Positions 47,551 through 57,164 are shown, counted from the stretch's first letter. The stretch: DNA of 63,351 bases from Gemmatimonadota bacterium (GCA_039586495.1 JBDHKG010000006.1:1-63351); one strand, 5' to 3'. Notes: generated by a model not told the origin, from the sequence alone. Numbers and translations are program-made.

Positions 47551-48291
47551 CTAGATCCGCTCCAGGATGAAGTCAGGCGTGAACTGCGCCAGCCAGCCCG
47601 CCAGGAGTGTGAACTTGCCCGTCACCAGCAACAGGCCCACGAAGATCAGCAGGATCCCCGCCACCCACTCCACATAGCGCAGGTAGCGGCGGAATCTCTG
47701 GAACCAGGCAAGAAACGCGGTCAGCGCTACAGCGCTGAGCAGGAAGGGGATCGCCAGTCCAGCGGAATAGACACCCAGCAGGCCCACGCCCTCGGCGACG
47801 TTGGCACGGGTCGCCGCCAAGGTAAGGATCGCTCCCAGGATCGGTCCGATACAGGGCACCCAGCCAGCGCCGAACGCCACGCCCACGGCCACGGTCCCCG
47901 CGTAGCCCACCGGCCTATTCTGGAACTGGAAGCGCCGCTCGCGGCTGAGCGCCGCAATCGGTATCACGCCCAGCAGGTAGACGCCGAAGAGGATGATGAT
48001 GAGGCCGCCGATGCGGGCGATGATGTCCTGGTAGACACGCAGCAACTGGCCGATGTACGTAGCTGAGGCCCCCATCAGGAGGAAGATCAGCGTGAAGCCG
48101 GCGACGAAGAGCAGGGAATGGACGAGCGTCACCCGCTTCACGTCCCCGCCTCCCTGCTCCAGCTCCTCCATACCCAGCCCGGTGACGAATGACACGTAGG
48201 ACGGCACCAGCGGAAGCACGCAGGGGCTGAGGAACGAGAGCAGTCCGGCGAGGAAGGCTACGAGGATCCCGATTGACGTACCGCTTTCCAT
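47551..48291 (-). CDS. ccdA: Cytochrome c biogenesis / thiol-disulfide transporter CcdA
   Basis: SFLSPCVLP and WVPCIGPILG. Confidence 0.92.
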   Translation of the reverse strand: MESGTSIGILVAFLAGLLSFLSPCVLPLVPSYVSFVTGLGMEELEQGGGDVKRVTLVHSLLFVAGFTLIFLLMGASATYIGQLLRVYQDIIARIGGLIIILFGVYLLGVIPIAALSRERRFQFQNRPVGYAGTVAVGVAFGAGWVPCIGPILGAILTLAATRANVAEGVGLLGVYSAGLAIPFLLSAVALTAFLAWFQRFRRYLRYVEWVAGILLIFVGLLLVTGKFTLLAGWLAQFTPDFILERI

Positions 48292-48340
48292 CTACCTCGA
48301 TGAAGCAATCGTAGTCAGTAGTCCGCGATCCCGTAGCAGC

Positions 48341-49234
48341 TCACTGGCCAGCCGCTCCGTGCTGCCAGTATCCGATGATCTTATATACGAGCTTCGCCAC
48401 CAGAAAATCGGGCGCGACCATTCCAGGTATCGGCGCCAACTCTACCACATCGGCGGCCACGACGGTCTTCTCAGCGAGGACGCGTCGCAAGAGCGACACG
48501 GCCTGCTCCCAGGTGCCACCGCCGGGCTCCGGGGTGCCGGTGGAGGGCACGAAGGCCGGGTCGAAGAAGTCCACGTCAAAGCTGATATAGACGTTGTCGG
48601 AGGACAACGCCTCGAGCGCCCTATCCATCCAATCCCCGCTCCCCAGGTCCTCAGCGTAGATCATCGTGAGGCCGAGCTCCTTGATGAGCCGACGCTCCTC
48701 CACATCGATGGCCCGGATCCCCACGCCCACGGGTCGCACACGATCCACCACCCTACGCATAACACAGGCGTGGCTCCAGTGGGTTCCGTGAAAGCTCTCT
48801 CGCAAGTCGGCGTGGGCGTCGAACTGCAGGACTGCAAGGTCGTTCTCGAGCCGATCGGCCCAGTACAGCAGAGGCACCTGCGTGATCGTGTGCTCGCCCC
48901 CCAGCATGATCACGAACTGGCCGCGCTCGCAGACCTCCTCGTACCTGTGCCGTAGCTCCTCTAACGCCGCCGCCGGACCACCCACCGTCAGCTCGACGGC
49001 CGGATACGTGTGGATTCCGACGCGGAAAGACTCTCGGTCCAGCTCGTGGTCGTAGAGCTCCACATGCCGTGATGCGGCCAGTATCGCCTCGGGGCCGTGG
49101 CGCGCGCCGCCGCGGTAGCTCGTCGTCGCCTCGTAGGGCACCGGCAGCAGCCCGACCCGCGCCCGCTCCAGCGCGGTCCACTCCTCCCCCAGCCCGAGAA
49201 AGCTGTGGGGGTCCCCCCAGGGGATATCGGTCAT
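48341..49234 (-). CDS. speB: Agmatinase (ureohydrolase)
   Basis: GGEHT, DAHADLR, SFDVDFFD, TGTPEPGG; downstream of an arginine decarboxylase. Confidence 0.9.
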   Translation of the reverse strand: MTDIPWGDPHSFLGLGEEWTALERARVGLLPVPYEATTSYRGGARHGPEAILAASRHVELYDHELDRESFRVGIHTYPAVELTVGGPAAALEELRHRYEEVCERGQFVIMLGGEHTITQVPLLYWADRLENDLAVLQFDAHADLRESFHGTHWSHACVMRRVVDRVRPVGVGIRAIDVEERRLIKELGLTMIYAEDLGSGDWMDRALEALSSDNVYISFDVDFFDPAFVPSTGTPEPGGGTWEQAVSLLRRVLAEKTVVAADVVELAPIPGMVAPDFLVAKLVYKIIGYWQHGAAGQ

Positions 49235-49241
49235 GATCAGC

Positions 49242-49802
49242 TCAGGGCAGGAGCACGGCGGTGGCCACGACGCTGACCCACTTGCCATCCTCCGGCCCCT
49301 CCGCCGTCTGCGTGATGTTGAGCGTGCGAACGATCTGGCCGGAGACCTCCCACTGGGCTCGCTGCTCGTCCCAGGCCGTGTCCGGATCGAAGGGCACACC
49401 GAGGATCGTTGCCAACATGCTGGCGGCGAGATCCTCGGCGTAGTCGCCGGCCGCCCTCTCACTCTGACCGTACGCGTGGTGCTCTGACAGGTAGCCGAAC
49501 CTGCTGGGATCCTTCGGGATCGCTACGCCGATACTAGCGGCGATGAGCCGGCTCGGCTCGTTCGTATCAATGCGCGACATGACCGCGAAGGTGATCTGGC
49601 CCGGCGTCATCTGCTCCAGGCATTCCTCCCGGTCGACCAGCTGGCAGTGTGGGGGGAAAATGGAGGAGACATTCACCAGGTTGTATCTTGCGATCCCCGC
49701 ATCCCGCAGCGCCATCTCGAACGCCGACAACCGCTCCCGGTGAATCCCGACGCCCCTGGTCAGGAAGATCCTGGTCGGAACGAAGATGCTGGCACTACGC
49801 AC
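49242..49802 (-). CDS. pdaD: Pyruvoyl-dependent arginine decarboxylase
   Basis: FEMALRDAGI..YNLV.VSSIFP self-cleavage site; GYLSEHH. Confidence 0.9.
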   Translation of the reverse strand: MRSASIFVPTRIFLTRGVGIHRERLSAFEMALRDAGIARYNLVNVSSIFPPHCQLVDREECLEQMTPGQITFAVMSRIDTNEPSRLIAASIGVAIPKDPSRFGYLSEHHAYGQSERAAGDYAEDLAASMLATILGVPFDPDTAWDEQRAQWEVSGQIVRTLNITQTAEGPEDGKWVSVVATAVLLP

Positions 49803-49917
49803 GGCTTAGCCCTCGCACAAAAGGCTTGGCTTGCGGAACGCAGAGCCGCACGCCAGCAACCGAGGCCTGAGCTCGGCCTGACGATAGTTGTGTGGGCTTG
49901 TGGGCAACTCAGTCCAG

Positions 49918-50355
49918 CTAGACCCGGCAGTCCGGGCAAAAGCCGATGAGCTCCAGACGGTAGTCGATAATCTCGAAGCCATCGTCGCTTCGGAGCCCTC
50001 GGATCAGCTCGGAGTCATGCTCGCCGACCACGTCCCTGACCTTACCGCACTTGAGGCAGCGCACATGGTCGTGGTCATCGGTGCGGCCGTCGTAACGCGC
50101 TGGGCCGCCACCGAGGCTCAGCTTACGGGCCACACCGGCCTCGACGAACGCCTCCAGCGCCTTGTAGACGGTCGCCAGGCTGATGTCCCGCAGCACCTCA
50201 CGCACCTGGGTGAATATCTCGTCGGCGGTGGGGTGTGTCGTGACAGTCTTCAAATAACGGTAAATCGCCGCCCGCTGCGCGGTGTGCCGGTGGCCACTCG
50301 CCTCAAGGGCCGTCCGCAGCCTATCCTCCCCGCTGCTGGTTGGCTGGACATCCAT
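49918..50355 (-). CDS. Fur-family regulator, PerR-like
   Basis: TAQR, HPTADEI, ISLATVYKAL, RYD...HDH..C..C, C-terminal CPDC. Confidence 0.88.
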   Translation of the reverse strand: MDVQPTSSGEDRLRTALEASGHRHTAQRAAIYRYLKTVTTHPTADEIFTQVREVLRDISLATVYKALEAFVEAGVARKLSLGGGPARYDGRTDDHDHVRCLKCGKVRDVVGEHDSELIRGLRSDDGFEIIDYRLELIGFCPDCRV

Positions 50356-50359
50356 ATTT

Positions 50360-50965
50360 TCACCCACCCGATTCGGTGTGAGCGTTGTACCCGGAGCCGG
50401 CTGTTTCAATAATCGTACTAAAAGTTATTATTCGTTGCGCCCGCGTGTCAACGCCGAGCCCTTCCCCGGGCAGCTCCGCGCCATCGCCGTTTCCGTTGTC
50501 CTTGGCGAAGCGTGTGATCGCTTCCTCCCACACCCGGGGGCGCCCACCCACGTCGATGACTTCCGGGACCCCGGCATCGGCCAGCCGTTGCAGCAGGCGG
50601 TCCGGGATACCCGCGACCCAGCGCTGCGGCGCTGCCCCGTGTTCGCGCAGCCGCTGCACCCATTCAAGCTGATCGCTCTCCGGATCCCTGAACTGCGCGT
50701 CGACGTGCGCGGTCAATATCCGGCGCCGATCCGGACCGCCGTCGTAGCATACGAGAACCAAGAACTCGCAGGCGACTTCGCGGTTGGGCAGCGGTGGGAA
50801 CACCCACAGCTGATCGATGTTCGAGGTAGGAACGTTGTCGGCGATGGCTCGAAGTCGAAGGTCGAGCGGGAGAGCCCGATCCGGTCTGGACCGACCTCTC
50901 ATCCCGTTCAGAAGCATCCGACGCCTGGAGCCATTCTCACGCCCGTGTCTGCGATGCAAGCTCAC
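50360..50965 (-). CDS. Hypothetical protein
   Basis: Protein-like core (IDQLWVFPPL...RRILTA); strong GGAGG upstream. Confidence 0.65.
   Translation of the reverse strand: MSLHRRHGRENGSRRRMLLNGMRGRSRPDRALPLDLRLRAIADNVPTSNIDQLWVFPPLPNREVACEFLVLVCYDGGPDRRRILTAHVDAQFRDPESDQLEWVQRLREHGAAPQRWVAGIPDRLLQRLADAGVPEVIDVGGRPRVWEEAITRFAKDNGNGDGAELPGEGLGVDTRAQRIITFSTIIETAGSGYNAHTESGG
50405..50451 (-). promoter_or_regulatory. Candidate promoter and Fur/PerR-type operator upstream of the Fur gene
   Basis: TTGACA-N18-TAACTT overlapping an AT island, AATAAT-N13-ATTATT. Confidence 0.55.
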
Positions 50966-51091
50966 CGGCCTCCACCTCCCTCACCCAACATCACTGGTTG
51001 TTGCACCTGGGGGTTCCCGGGATGGCTAATCCCGTGGGCGTACATCACGTGTGGCCGGCCGCTTCGCGGCCCTCTCGTCCGTGACGCCCCC

Positions 51092-51120
51092 AAGATACGG
51101 CCATTTGCCTTATCTCTCAA
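51092..51120 (-). promoter_or_regulatory. Candidate sigma70 promoter overlapping the DHH stop codon
   Basis: TTGAGA-N17-TATCTT. Confidence 0.55.
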
Positions 51121-52160
51121 GATCGAGAGCCCGGAGGGCCAGCCAGCAGCGACCGGCAGGCCTCCAGCACCCTGGCCGTCACCTCGGCCAGCTCGCCCGC
51201 CACGGTGGCACCGGCCGCCTTCTCGTGACCTCCGCCCCCGAAGGAGCGAGCGAGCGAAGCCACGTTCGCCGCGCCGGTGGAGCGGAGGGAGATCTTCACA
51301 TCGCCGCTCTCCAGCTGGCGCAACAGGATGGCAACCTCGGTCCCCTGGCAGTTTCGCAGGTGATCGATCATCCCCTCGTACTCATCCAGGCCCCCGAAGC
51401 GCCGTACGACCTCGACGCCCAGGGTTACCCAGGTGATTCCCAGCTCTTCATCGTGATGCAGTCCCGCCAACACCGCTTGCAGCGTGCCCAGGTCCGCTGG
51501 CGTTAGGTTGGCGAACAGCAGGCGGTAGAGCGCGCCCGGATCGGCGCCCGCTTCGATCAGGGCCGCGGCGAGCCGATGCGAGTGCGGAGTGGAGTTCGAG
51601 TAGCGAAACGAGCCGGTGTCGGTCACCAGGCCCACATAGAGTGCCTTCGCGGTGTCGGCGCCGATGGGATCGCCGGTCTGTACCAGCACGTCGTACACGA
51701 GCTCAACCGTGGCCGCGGCGCTCGGGTCAATGAGCGTCAGCGATGCCGCGATCTCTCTGCTGGCAACGGCGTGGTGATCGATGACGATGGTGCGATTGGG
51801 ACGGTAGAACTCGGCGAAGTCGCCCAGCCGGCCGAACTCCGAGGCGTCCACAACGACCTGCACGTCCGCCTCGGCGAGCGCCGTCTTCCCTCCTGTGTCA
51901 GGGCTCAGGGGCTCGACCCCCGTGGGCAAGAGGAAGCGGAAGCGTTCAGGCAAGGGGCTGGCGGCCAGCAGGTAAACCTCCATCCCCAGGGGTCTGAAGT
52001 GGTGGGCCAACGCGCAGGCAGATCCCCACCCGTCCCCGTCGCCGCCGACATGCGTGGTAACGGCGATCGACATTGCCGCCTTCAGGCGCTCAGCGATCCG
52101 GCGTGCCGGCTCCAGACGGTGTGAGGGCGTTTTCAACACGGCACGGGCATGCAGCGTCAC
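51117..52160 (-). CDS. nrnA: DHH/DHHA1 phosphoesterase (NrnA-like oligoribonuclease / pAp phosphatase)
   Basis: H...DGDG.GS, IDHH, GLVTDTGSF, KISLRS, GGGH..AAG. Confidence 0.85.
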   Translation of the reverse strand: MTLHARAVLKTPSHRLEPARRIAERLKAAMSIAVTTHVGGDGDGWGSACALAHHFRPLGMEVYLLAASPLPERFRFLLPTGVEPLSPDTGGKTALAEADVQVVVDASEFGRLGDFAEFYRPNRTIVIDHHAVASREIAASLTLIDPSAAATVELVYDVLVQTGDPIGADTAKALYVGLVTDTGSFRYSNSTPHSHRLAAALIEAGADPGALYRLLFANLTPADLGTLQAVLAGLHHDEELGITWVTLGVEVVRRFGGLDEYEGMIDHLRNCQGTEVAILLRQLESGDVKISLRSTGAANVASLARSFGGGGHEKAAGATVAGELAEVTARVLEACRSLLAGPPGSRS

Positions 52161-53911
52161 TAGCGCAGCCGTTTGTATCTGCGCTGCTCCTTGAGCCGCC
52201 GATGCACCTCATAGTTCTCGATCCACGGCCTGCGGGCGAAGTAACTCTTTGTCAGCTCAGCGACTTTGCCGGAGAGCAGGATCAACGCCAGCAGGTTGGG
52301 GAGAATGACGATTCCCAGGAAGACGTCGCCCAGCGTCCAGGCGACGGCCAGTGTCAGCACGGCGCCGACGAAGTGCATTGTCACGAAGGCGAACTTGTAG
52401 GGGAGCACCGCCCGGTGCCCCAGCAGGTAGTTCGCGCAACGGTCGCCGTAGTAACTCCACGAGATGGCCGTGGATATGGCGAACAGGAACACGCTGAGCA
52501 CGACGATGTACATGCCCCACCCGCCGGGTAGACCGCGCTGAAAGGCGTGCATGGTGAGAGGCGCACCGCTTTCGGCCGCATCAGCGTAGAGCGAGGTGTA
52601 CTCCGTGCCGTCGTCGCCCACTGCGATCTCACCCTCTGAGTAGACAACGCCGGTGAAGGGCTGCGTTTGCTCCGGATCGCTGAAGAGGATCTCCACCGCG
52701 ACCTCGTGCCAGGCGACCTGATGAGCGCCGGGCCCCGCTTCCAGGTAGCGGCCATTCTCAACCCGGATCTGAAGAGGCTCATCGATCTCGTCGTAGTGCC
52801 CGTTCTCCAACTCGACCACGTAGGAGATGTCACCGCCGTCTAGCGTGATCTCGGTGGGGAAGCGCTCAGCCCAGACGCCGGTGAGGATGATGACCAACCC
52901 GGTCATCGTGCAGATGACGAGCGTGTCGATGAAAGGTTCCACCAACGCCACGACACCCTCGGACACCGGCTCATCTGTCTTGGCCGCCGCGTGAGCGATG
53001 GGCGCCGACCCCTGGCCCGCTTCGTTGGAGAAGAGGCCCCGCTTCACGCCCCAAATCATGGTGAGCAAGAAGATGCCGGCCCCGCTGCCCGCTACGCCCG
53101 CCGTCGGGTTGAACGCCTCGCGAAAGATGAGCGCGAAGGTTGAACCGAGCCTATCGTAGTTCAGGCTGATGATCGTAAGCGCACCCGCCACGTAGATGAC
53201 CGCCATCGTGGGCGCCAGGACGCCGGTAACCTTGCCGATGCGCGTGATGCCACCGATCACCACCATGGCCACGATGCTCGCTGTGATGAGCCCGGTGACC
53301 CACGCAGAGAAGCCGATGGTCGTCTTCAGCGTGTCGGCGACGGTGTTCGCCTGGATGGCATTCCCCGTCAAAAAGGCCGTGAGACCGAGCATGGTAGCGA
53401 AGAAGACCGCGAGCGGCTTCCAGCCTGGACCCAGACCGCGCTCGATGTAGTACATCGGCCCGCCGGAGACCGTACCCTCCCACTTGTAGGGATCGAGGTC
53501 CTCCTTCTCGACGTCGCGGTAGCGCTGGGCCAGAGTGACCTCCGAGTACTTGGTGGCCATCCCCACCAGCGCCGTCATCCACATCCAGAACAGTGCCCCG
53601 GGTCCACCCCAGTGGATGGCGAGCGCGACGCCAGCGATGTTGCCGATACCCACCGTGGCGGAGAGGGCGGTGGTCAGCGCCTGGAAGTGCGAGACGTCGC
53701 CCGGTTCGGCGGGGTCATCGTAGATCCCGGAAGTCACAGCGAAGCCGTGTCCCAGCTTGCGAAGCTGCAGGAACCCCAGGCGGAAGGTGAGGAAGAGCCC
53801 GGTACCCAGCAACGCGACGATGACCCAGGGAATCTCTTGCCCCTGAAAGGGAATTCCCCTGTCCCAGATGTAGGACGATGCCGTGCTGACGATCTTCTCT
53901 AGAAATTCCAT
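52160..53911 (-). CDS. Alanine/glycine:cation symporter (AGCS)
   Basis: TVGIGNIAGVA, GGPGALFWMW, GGPMYY, RGLFSNEAGQGS, SYYG. Confidence 0.94.
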   Translation of the reverse strand: MEFLEKIVSTASSYIWDRGIPFQGQEIPWVIVALLGTGLFLTFRLGFLQLRKLGHGFAVTSGIYDDPAEPGDVSHFQALTTALSATVGIGNIAGVALAIHWGGPGALFWMWMTALVGMATKYSEVTLAQRYRDVEKEDLDPYKWEGTVSGGPMYYIERGLGPGWKPLAVFFATMLGLTAFLTGNAIQANTVADTLKTTIGFSAWVTGLITASIVAMVVIGGITRIGKVTGVLAPTMAVIYVAGALTIISLNYDRLGSTFALIFREAFNPTAGVAGSGAGIFLLTMIWGVKRGLFSNEAGQGSAPIAHAAAKTDEPVSEGVVALVEPFIDTLVICTMTGLVIILTGVWAERFPTEITLDGGDISYVVELENGHYDEIDEPLQIRVENGRYLEAGPGAHQVAWHEVAVEILFSDPEQTQPFTGVVYSEGEIAVGDDGTEYTSLYADAAESGAPLTMHAFQRGLPGGWGMYIVVLSVFLFAISTAISWSYYGDRCANYLLGHRAVLPYKFAFVTMHFVGAVLTLAVAWTLGDVFLGIVILPNLLALILLSGKVAELTKSYFARRPWIENYEVHRRLKEQRRYKRLR

Positions 53912-53950
53912 GCGAATCCGCGGTTGGGTGGACGCCCCTAAGGCCGCGCT

Positions 53951-53979
53951 ACTCTAGGCGAAGCTGCAGGTGGTGTCAA
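53951..53979 (-). promoter_or_regulatory. Sigma70 promoter for the AGCS transporter
   Basis: TTGACA-N17-TAGAGT. Confidence 0.7.
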
Positions 53980-53992
53980 GCAAACTGACGGC

Positions 53993-54643
53993 TCAGCAGC
54001 GCCGCGGCGCGAAGCGGGCCCATGTGGAGGCGACGTGGACGAGGTAGCTCGAGTAGCGCCCGACGATGCGCCCAGCGCGTAGCGCTTCCAGGAACCCGGA
54101 CTTCGACTCGTAGCTCGGCACCTCGACGGCGCCTCGCCCGATCTCGCGCAGCGTGTGAGCGTCTGAGCCGGCGCCACCGGGGAGGCCGCGTTCTTCCGCC
54201 CAACGGCGGGCCCGCTCATTGAGGAGCGGTCGGTGCACGCGGGCGTTGAAGACCTCTACGATGTCGACCCATGGCTCGATTGCCGCTAGCACTTCCTCGC
54301 CCAGACCCTTGCCGTTGGCGAAAGGGTGCGGCACGTAGACCAGGCCCCCTTGCTCGCGGATGGCCTGTGCCGTCTCGATTGCAGGAGTCCCCTTCGGAAT
54401 CTTCTCCGACACGAAGAGGCCGGTCACATCCACGCCTTCGGCGGTCTTCACCTCTTCGCCGACGATCACCAGCTCCGGGTCGAGATCGCGGGCACGGAAG
54501 GCACCCTCGATCTCATTGTGATCGGTGATGGCGATACGATCGAGCCCGCGGGCGCGCGCGGTCGCCACCACATCGGCATAGTCACTGAGGCAGTCTCGGG
54601 AGGCGCGGGTGTGGATATGCAGGTCCAGCCGCAGGTTCGTCAT
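53993..54643 (-). CDS. PHP domain phosphoesterase
   Basis: DLHIHT..S.D, ITDHN, GEEV, PHP, GSDAH. Confidence 0.88.
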   Translation of the reverse strand: MTNLRLDLHIHTRASRDCLSDYADVVATARARGLDRIAITDHNEIEGAFRARDLDPELVIVGEEVKTAEGVDVTGLFVSEKIPKGTPAIETAQAIREQGGLVYVPHPFANGKGLGEEVLAAIEPWVDIVEVFNARVHRPLLNERARRWAEERGLPGGAGSDAHTLREIGRGAVEVPSYESKSGFLEALRAGRIVGRYSSYLVHVASTWARFAPRRC

Positions 54644-55248
54644 ACGGCCCGGCTCAACTTCTCGATCTCTTTCCAGGTCTCCCACGCGCGTCGCTCGAGG
54701 GTCGTGATGTCCGAGTCGTTGTCGATGATGAGGTCGGCGCGTGCCCGCTTCTCCTCCGCCAGCATCTGGGCGGCAGCGACGGCGCAGGCTTCATCGGTTG
54801 TCAGCCCCCGCTTACTCACCAGCCGCTCGATGCGCTGCTCCAGCGGCGCGTCGACGAGCAAGACGACATCGAACTCTTTCTCCATCCCCGTCTCGTAGAG
54901 GAGGGGGACCACGCCGATCACGATCCGATCGCCGCGGGCTTCCGCCTCCACGAAGAGCTCACGGCAGCGCGCCACGATCGCGGGATGTACAATGTCCTCG
55001 AGCTTCTCTCGTGCTTGGGGATCGGCGAAGACGATGTGCCGCATCGCATCACGGTCGAGCCCGCCGTCCGCGGCGATGACCGCAGCCCCCCAGACCTCGC
55101 GGATCCGCTCCAGCGCCGGGCTGCCCGCTGCCACCACCTCGCGGGCCAGCACATCGGTGTCGATGATAGCGGCGCCCCAACCGGCGAAGAGGGCGACGAC
55201 CGTAGACTTGCCAGCGCCCACGTTCCCCGTCAGCCCTACTCTCAGCAT
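54640..55248 (-). CDS. coaE: Dephospho-CoA kinase
   Basis: GLTGNVGAGKSTV, D.D..AREVV, IVHP, PLLYE. Confidence 0.95.
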   Translation of the reverse strand: MLRVGLTGNVGAGKSTVVALFAGWGAAIIDTDVLAREVVAAGSPALERIREVWGAAVIAADGGLDRDAMRHIVFADPQAREKLEDIVHPAIVARCRELFVEAEARGDRIVIGVVPLLYETGMEKEFDVVLLVDAPLEQRIERLVSKRGLTTDEACAVAAAQMLAEEKRARADLIIDNDSDITTLERRAWETWKEIEKLSRAV

Positions 55249-55254
55249 GTGTTC

Positions 55255-56346
55255 CTAGCGGCTCGACCCAGGCGGCACATCCAGTAGCCCCCAGCCGCTC
55301 TCGTCCTCCACCCCCAGCTCCTTGACGAACCGGTTCACGAGTTCCTCACTCTTCAGCCGGATATCCTCCGCCGAGAGCTCCCCCACCGGGATCCGTGCGC
55401 CGGCCATCATCCCGTGGCCGCCCGCAGCGCCGTCGCGGCCGACGACACGCCGCAGCAGCTCGCCCGCCGCTGCGTCAGGGAGAGCGGCGCGGATGGAGAT
55501 CAGCAGGTCGTCCTGGAACTGACCGATGCAGAAGGACCATTCGGCGCCTTGCAGCCGCAGATAGAAATCGGCCAGCTCCGCCACCAGGTCGGGATAGTCG
55601 AGCATCCCCAGGTAAGAGATGACCACCGGCCCCCGGGTGCGCGCCCGCTCCAGCGAGCGGTGCAGCGACCGGAAATAGGCCGGGGGCAGGTCCGGATAGC
55701 GTATTCGCGAGATGAGCGCCCGGTCGGCGCCCGGGTAGAGGGCCAGGCTCGCCTCGATGTCGCTACGCCGTGCCTCACGCCCGAGATCCTGGGTCTCCGA
55801 CTGGATACCGTAGAAGAGGGCGGTCGCCAACACACCCTCCAAAGGAACCCCCGCAGCCCGCAAATACTGGGTAAGGATCGTGCAAGTCGAGCCGCAGTCA
55901 TCGCGCACGTCGTAGTACTTAGCCCGCTTCGTTTGCTGACGCAGCGGATGATGATCGATGACGACGGCCGCATTCCGCCCTTCGGGCAGCGAGTTGTTGC
56001 CGGTTTCCGGCTGCGTGTCGACCAGCGCGATCAGATCGACGTCATCGAAGGACACCGCGCGTGTTGGCGTGATCGGCAGGGCGAGTTCCCGGACCATCGT
56101 TCGGTTCTCGGCGCGCCCCACGTAGCCGCCGAAACCGATCCTTACCGCGATGCCATCGAACGTCTCAACCAGTCTCAGCAAGCCGTAGGCGCTGGCCAGC
56201 GCATCGGGATCAGGGTTGTCGTGGGTGAGGATGAGCAAGTGACCCCCACCTTCCAGGGCAACCTTCAACTCGGCCAGGCGAGTCTCACTCGAGCTGCCAC
56301 TCTGAGCCGGTGAGCCTCCTCCCTTACTACCCTTCGAAGGTTCCAT
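55255..56346 (-). CDS. DHH family phosphoesterase
   Basis: HDNPDPDALAS, LVDTQP, IDHH, AGGH. Confidence 0.88.
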   Translation of the reverse strand: MEPSKGSKGGGSPAQSGSSSETRLAELKVALEGGGHLLILTHDNPDPDALASAYGLLRLVETFDGIAVRIGFGGYVGRAENRTMVRELALPITPTRAVSFDDVDLIALVDTQPETGNNSLPEGRNAAVVIDHHPLRQQTKRAKYYDVRDDCGSTCTILTQYLRAAGVPLEGVLATALFYGIQSETQDLGREARRSDIEASLALYPGADRALISRIRYPDLPPAYFRSLHRSLERARTRGPVVISYLGMLDYPDLVAELADFYLRLQGAEWSFCIGQFQDDLLISIRAALPDAAAGELLRRVVGRDGAAGGHGMMAGARIPVGELSAEDIRLKSEELVNRFVKELGVEDESGWGLLDVPPGSSR

Positions 56347-56519
56347 TCTTGTCGCCGCTCAGTCGGAGCAGTCACCCAGCGGGTACGGGTGACTGGATTT
56401 CGAGCAGTGGGCAGCTTTGCAGCCTCGGACCCGGTCGGCGACCGGGTGGCCACAACGAAAGCGACGCCGTGCGTGCCCGGGCGCGGCTACATCGGGCCTT
56501 TCCCACCGCCTTCGGCTGA

Positions 56520-57164
56520 TCAGCTCCATCCGAAGGCTCCCGTCAGGAAGGGGTTAGCCTGGCGCTCCCTGCCCACAGTCGTCGCCGGGCCGTGGCCCGG
56601 GTGCAGGACAGTATCATCAGGGAGCGTGAGCAGCTTCTCGTGAATCGCTTCCAGCAAGGTTCGGTAGTCGCCGCCGGGAAGATCGGTGCGGCCGATGGAT
56701 CCCGCAAACACACAGTCGCCCACCACGGCGAATCCATCGCCGATCAGGCAAACGTGCCCGGGCGAGTGGCCCGGCGTGTGTCGCACTTCGAGCTGCGCCG
56801 CGCCGATCTTGAGGATCTGCCCGTCCTGAAACTCGCGATCCGGTCTAGGAGGCAACTCGATCTCCATACCGAATGCGAGCGCCTGCTCGGGGACCGCCGC
56901 ATACAGCGCCGCGTCCGCCGGATGAAGATAGATGGGCGCTCCCGTGCCGCGTGCCGCCGCCGCCACGCCACCAATGTGGTCGATGTGCGCGTGAGTGAGA
57001 AGGATCGCCTCGACCCGCGCCTCCTCCCCAGCTGCCGTGGCAAGCAGGCGAGCCGCCTCAGCACCCGGGTCGACCAGCGCACAGCCGCCCGTCTGCTCAC
57101 AGATGGCCAGATACGCGTTGGCCTGCAAAGGCCCTACTGGAAAGCCAAGTATCTTCACCGACAA
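56520..57164 (-). CDS. MBL-fold hydrolase (glyoxalase II / YcbL-like)
   Basis: THAHIDHIGG, PGHSPG, GD..FAGSIGRTD, PGHG..TT...E...NPF. Confidence 0.9.
   Translation of the reverse strand: MSVKILGFPVGPLQANAYLAICEQTGGCALVDPGAEAARLLATAAGEEARVEAILLTHAHIDHIGGVAAAARGTGAPIYLHPADAALYAAVPEQALAFGMEIELPPRPDREFQDGQILKIGAAQLEVRHTPGHSPGHVCLIGDGFAVVGDCVFAGSIGRTDLPGGDYRTLLEAIHEKLLTLPDDTVLHPGHGPATTVGRERQANPFLTGAFGWS

Noticed and set aside
51008-51091. tmRNA, tRNA-Sec or SRP RNA (starts GGGGGCGTCACGG and has a 5-bp/7-nt hairpin; smpB is in the window)
   Set aside because: Too short for tmRNA, no TTCGA T-loop, no 7-bp acceptor stem and no SRP GGAA domain. Kept only as an unidentified structured leader.
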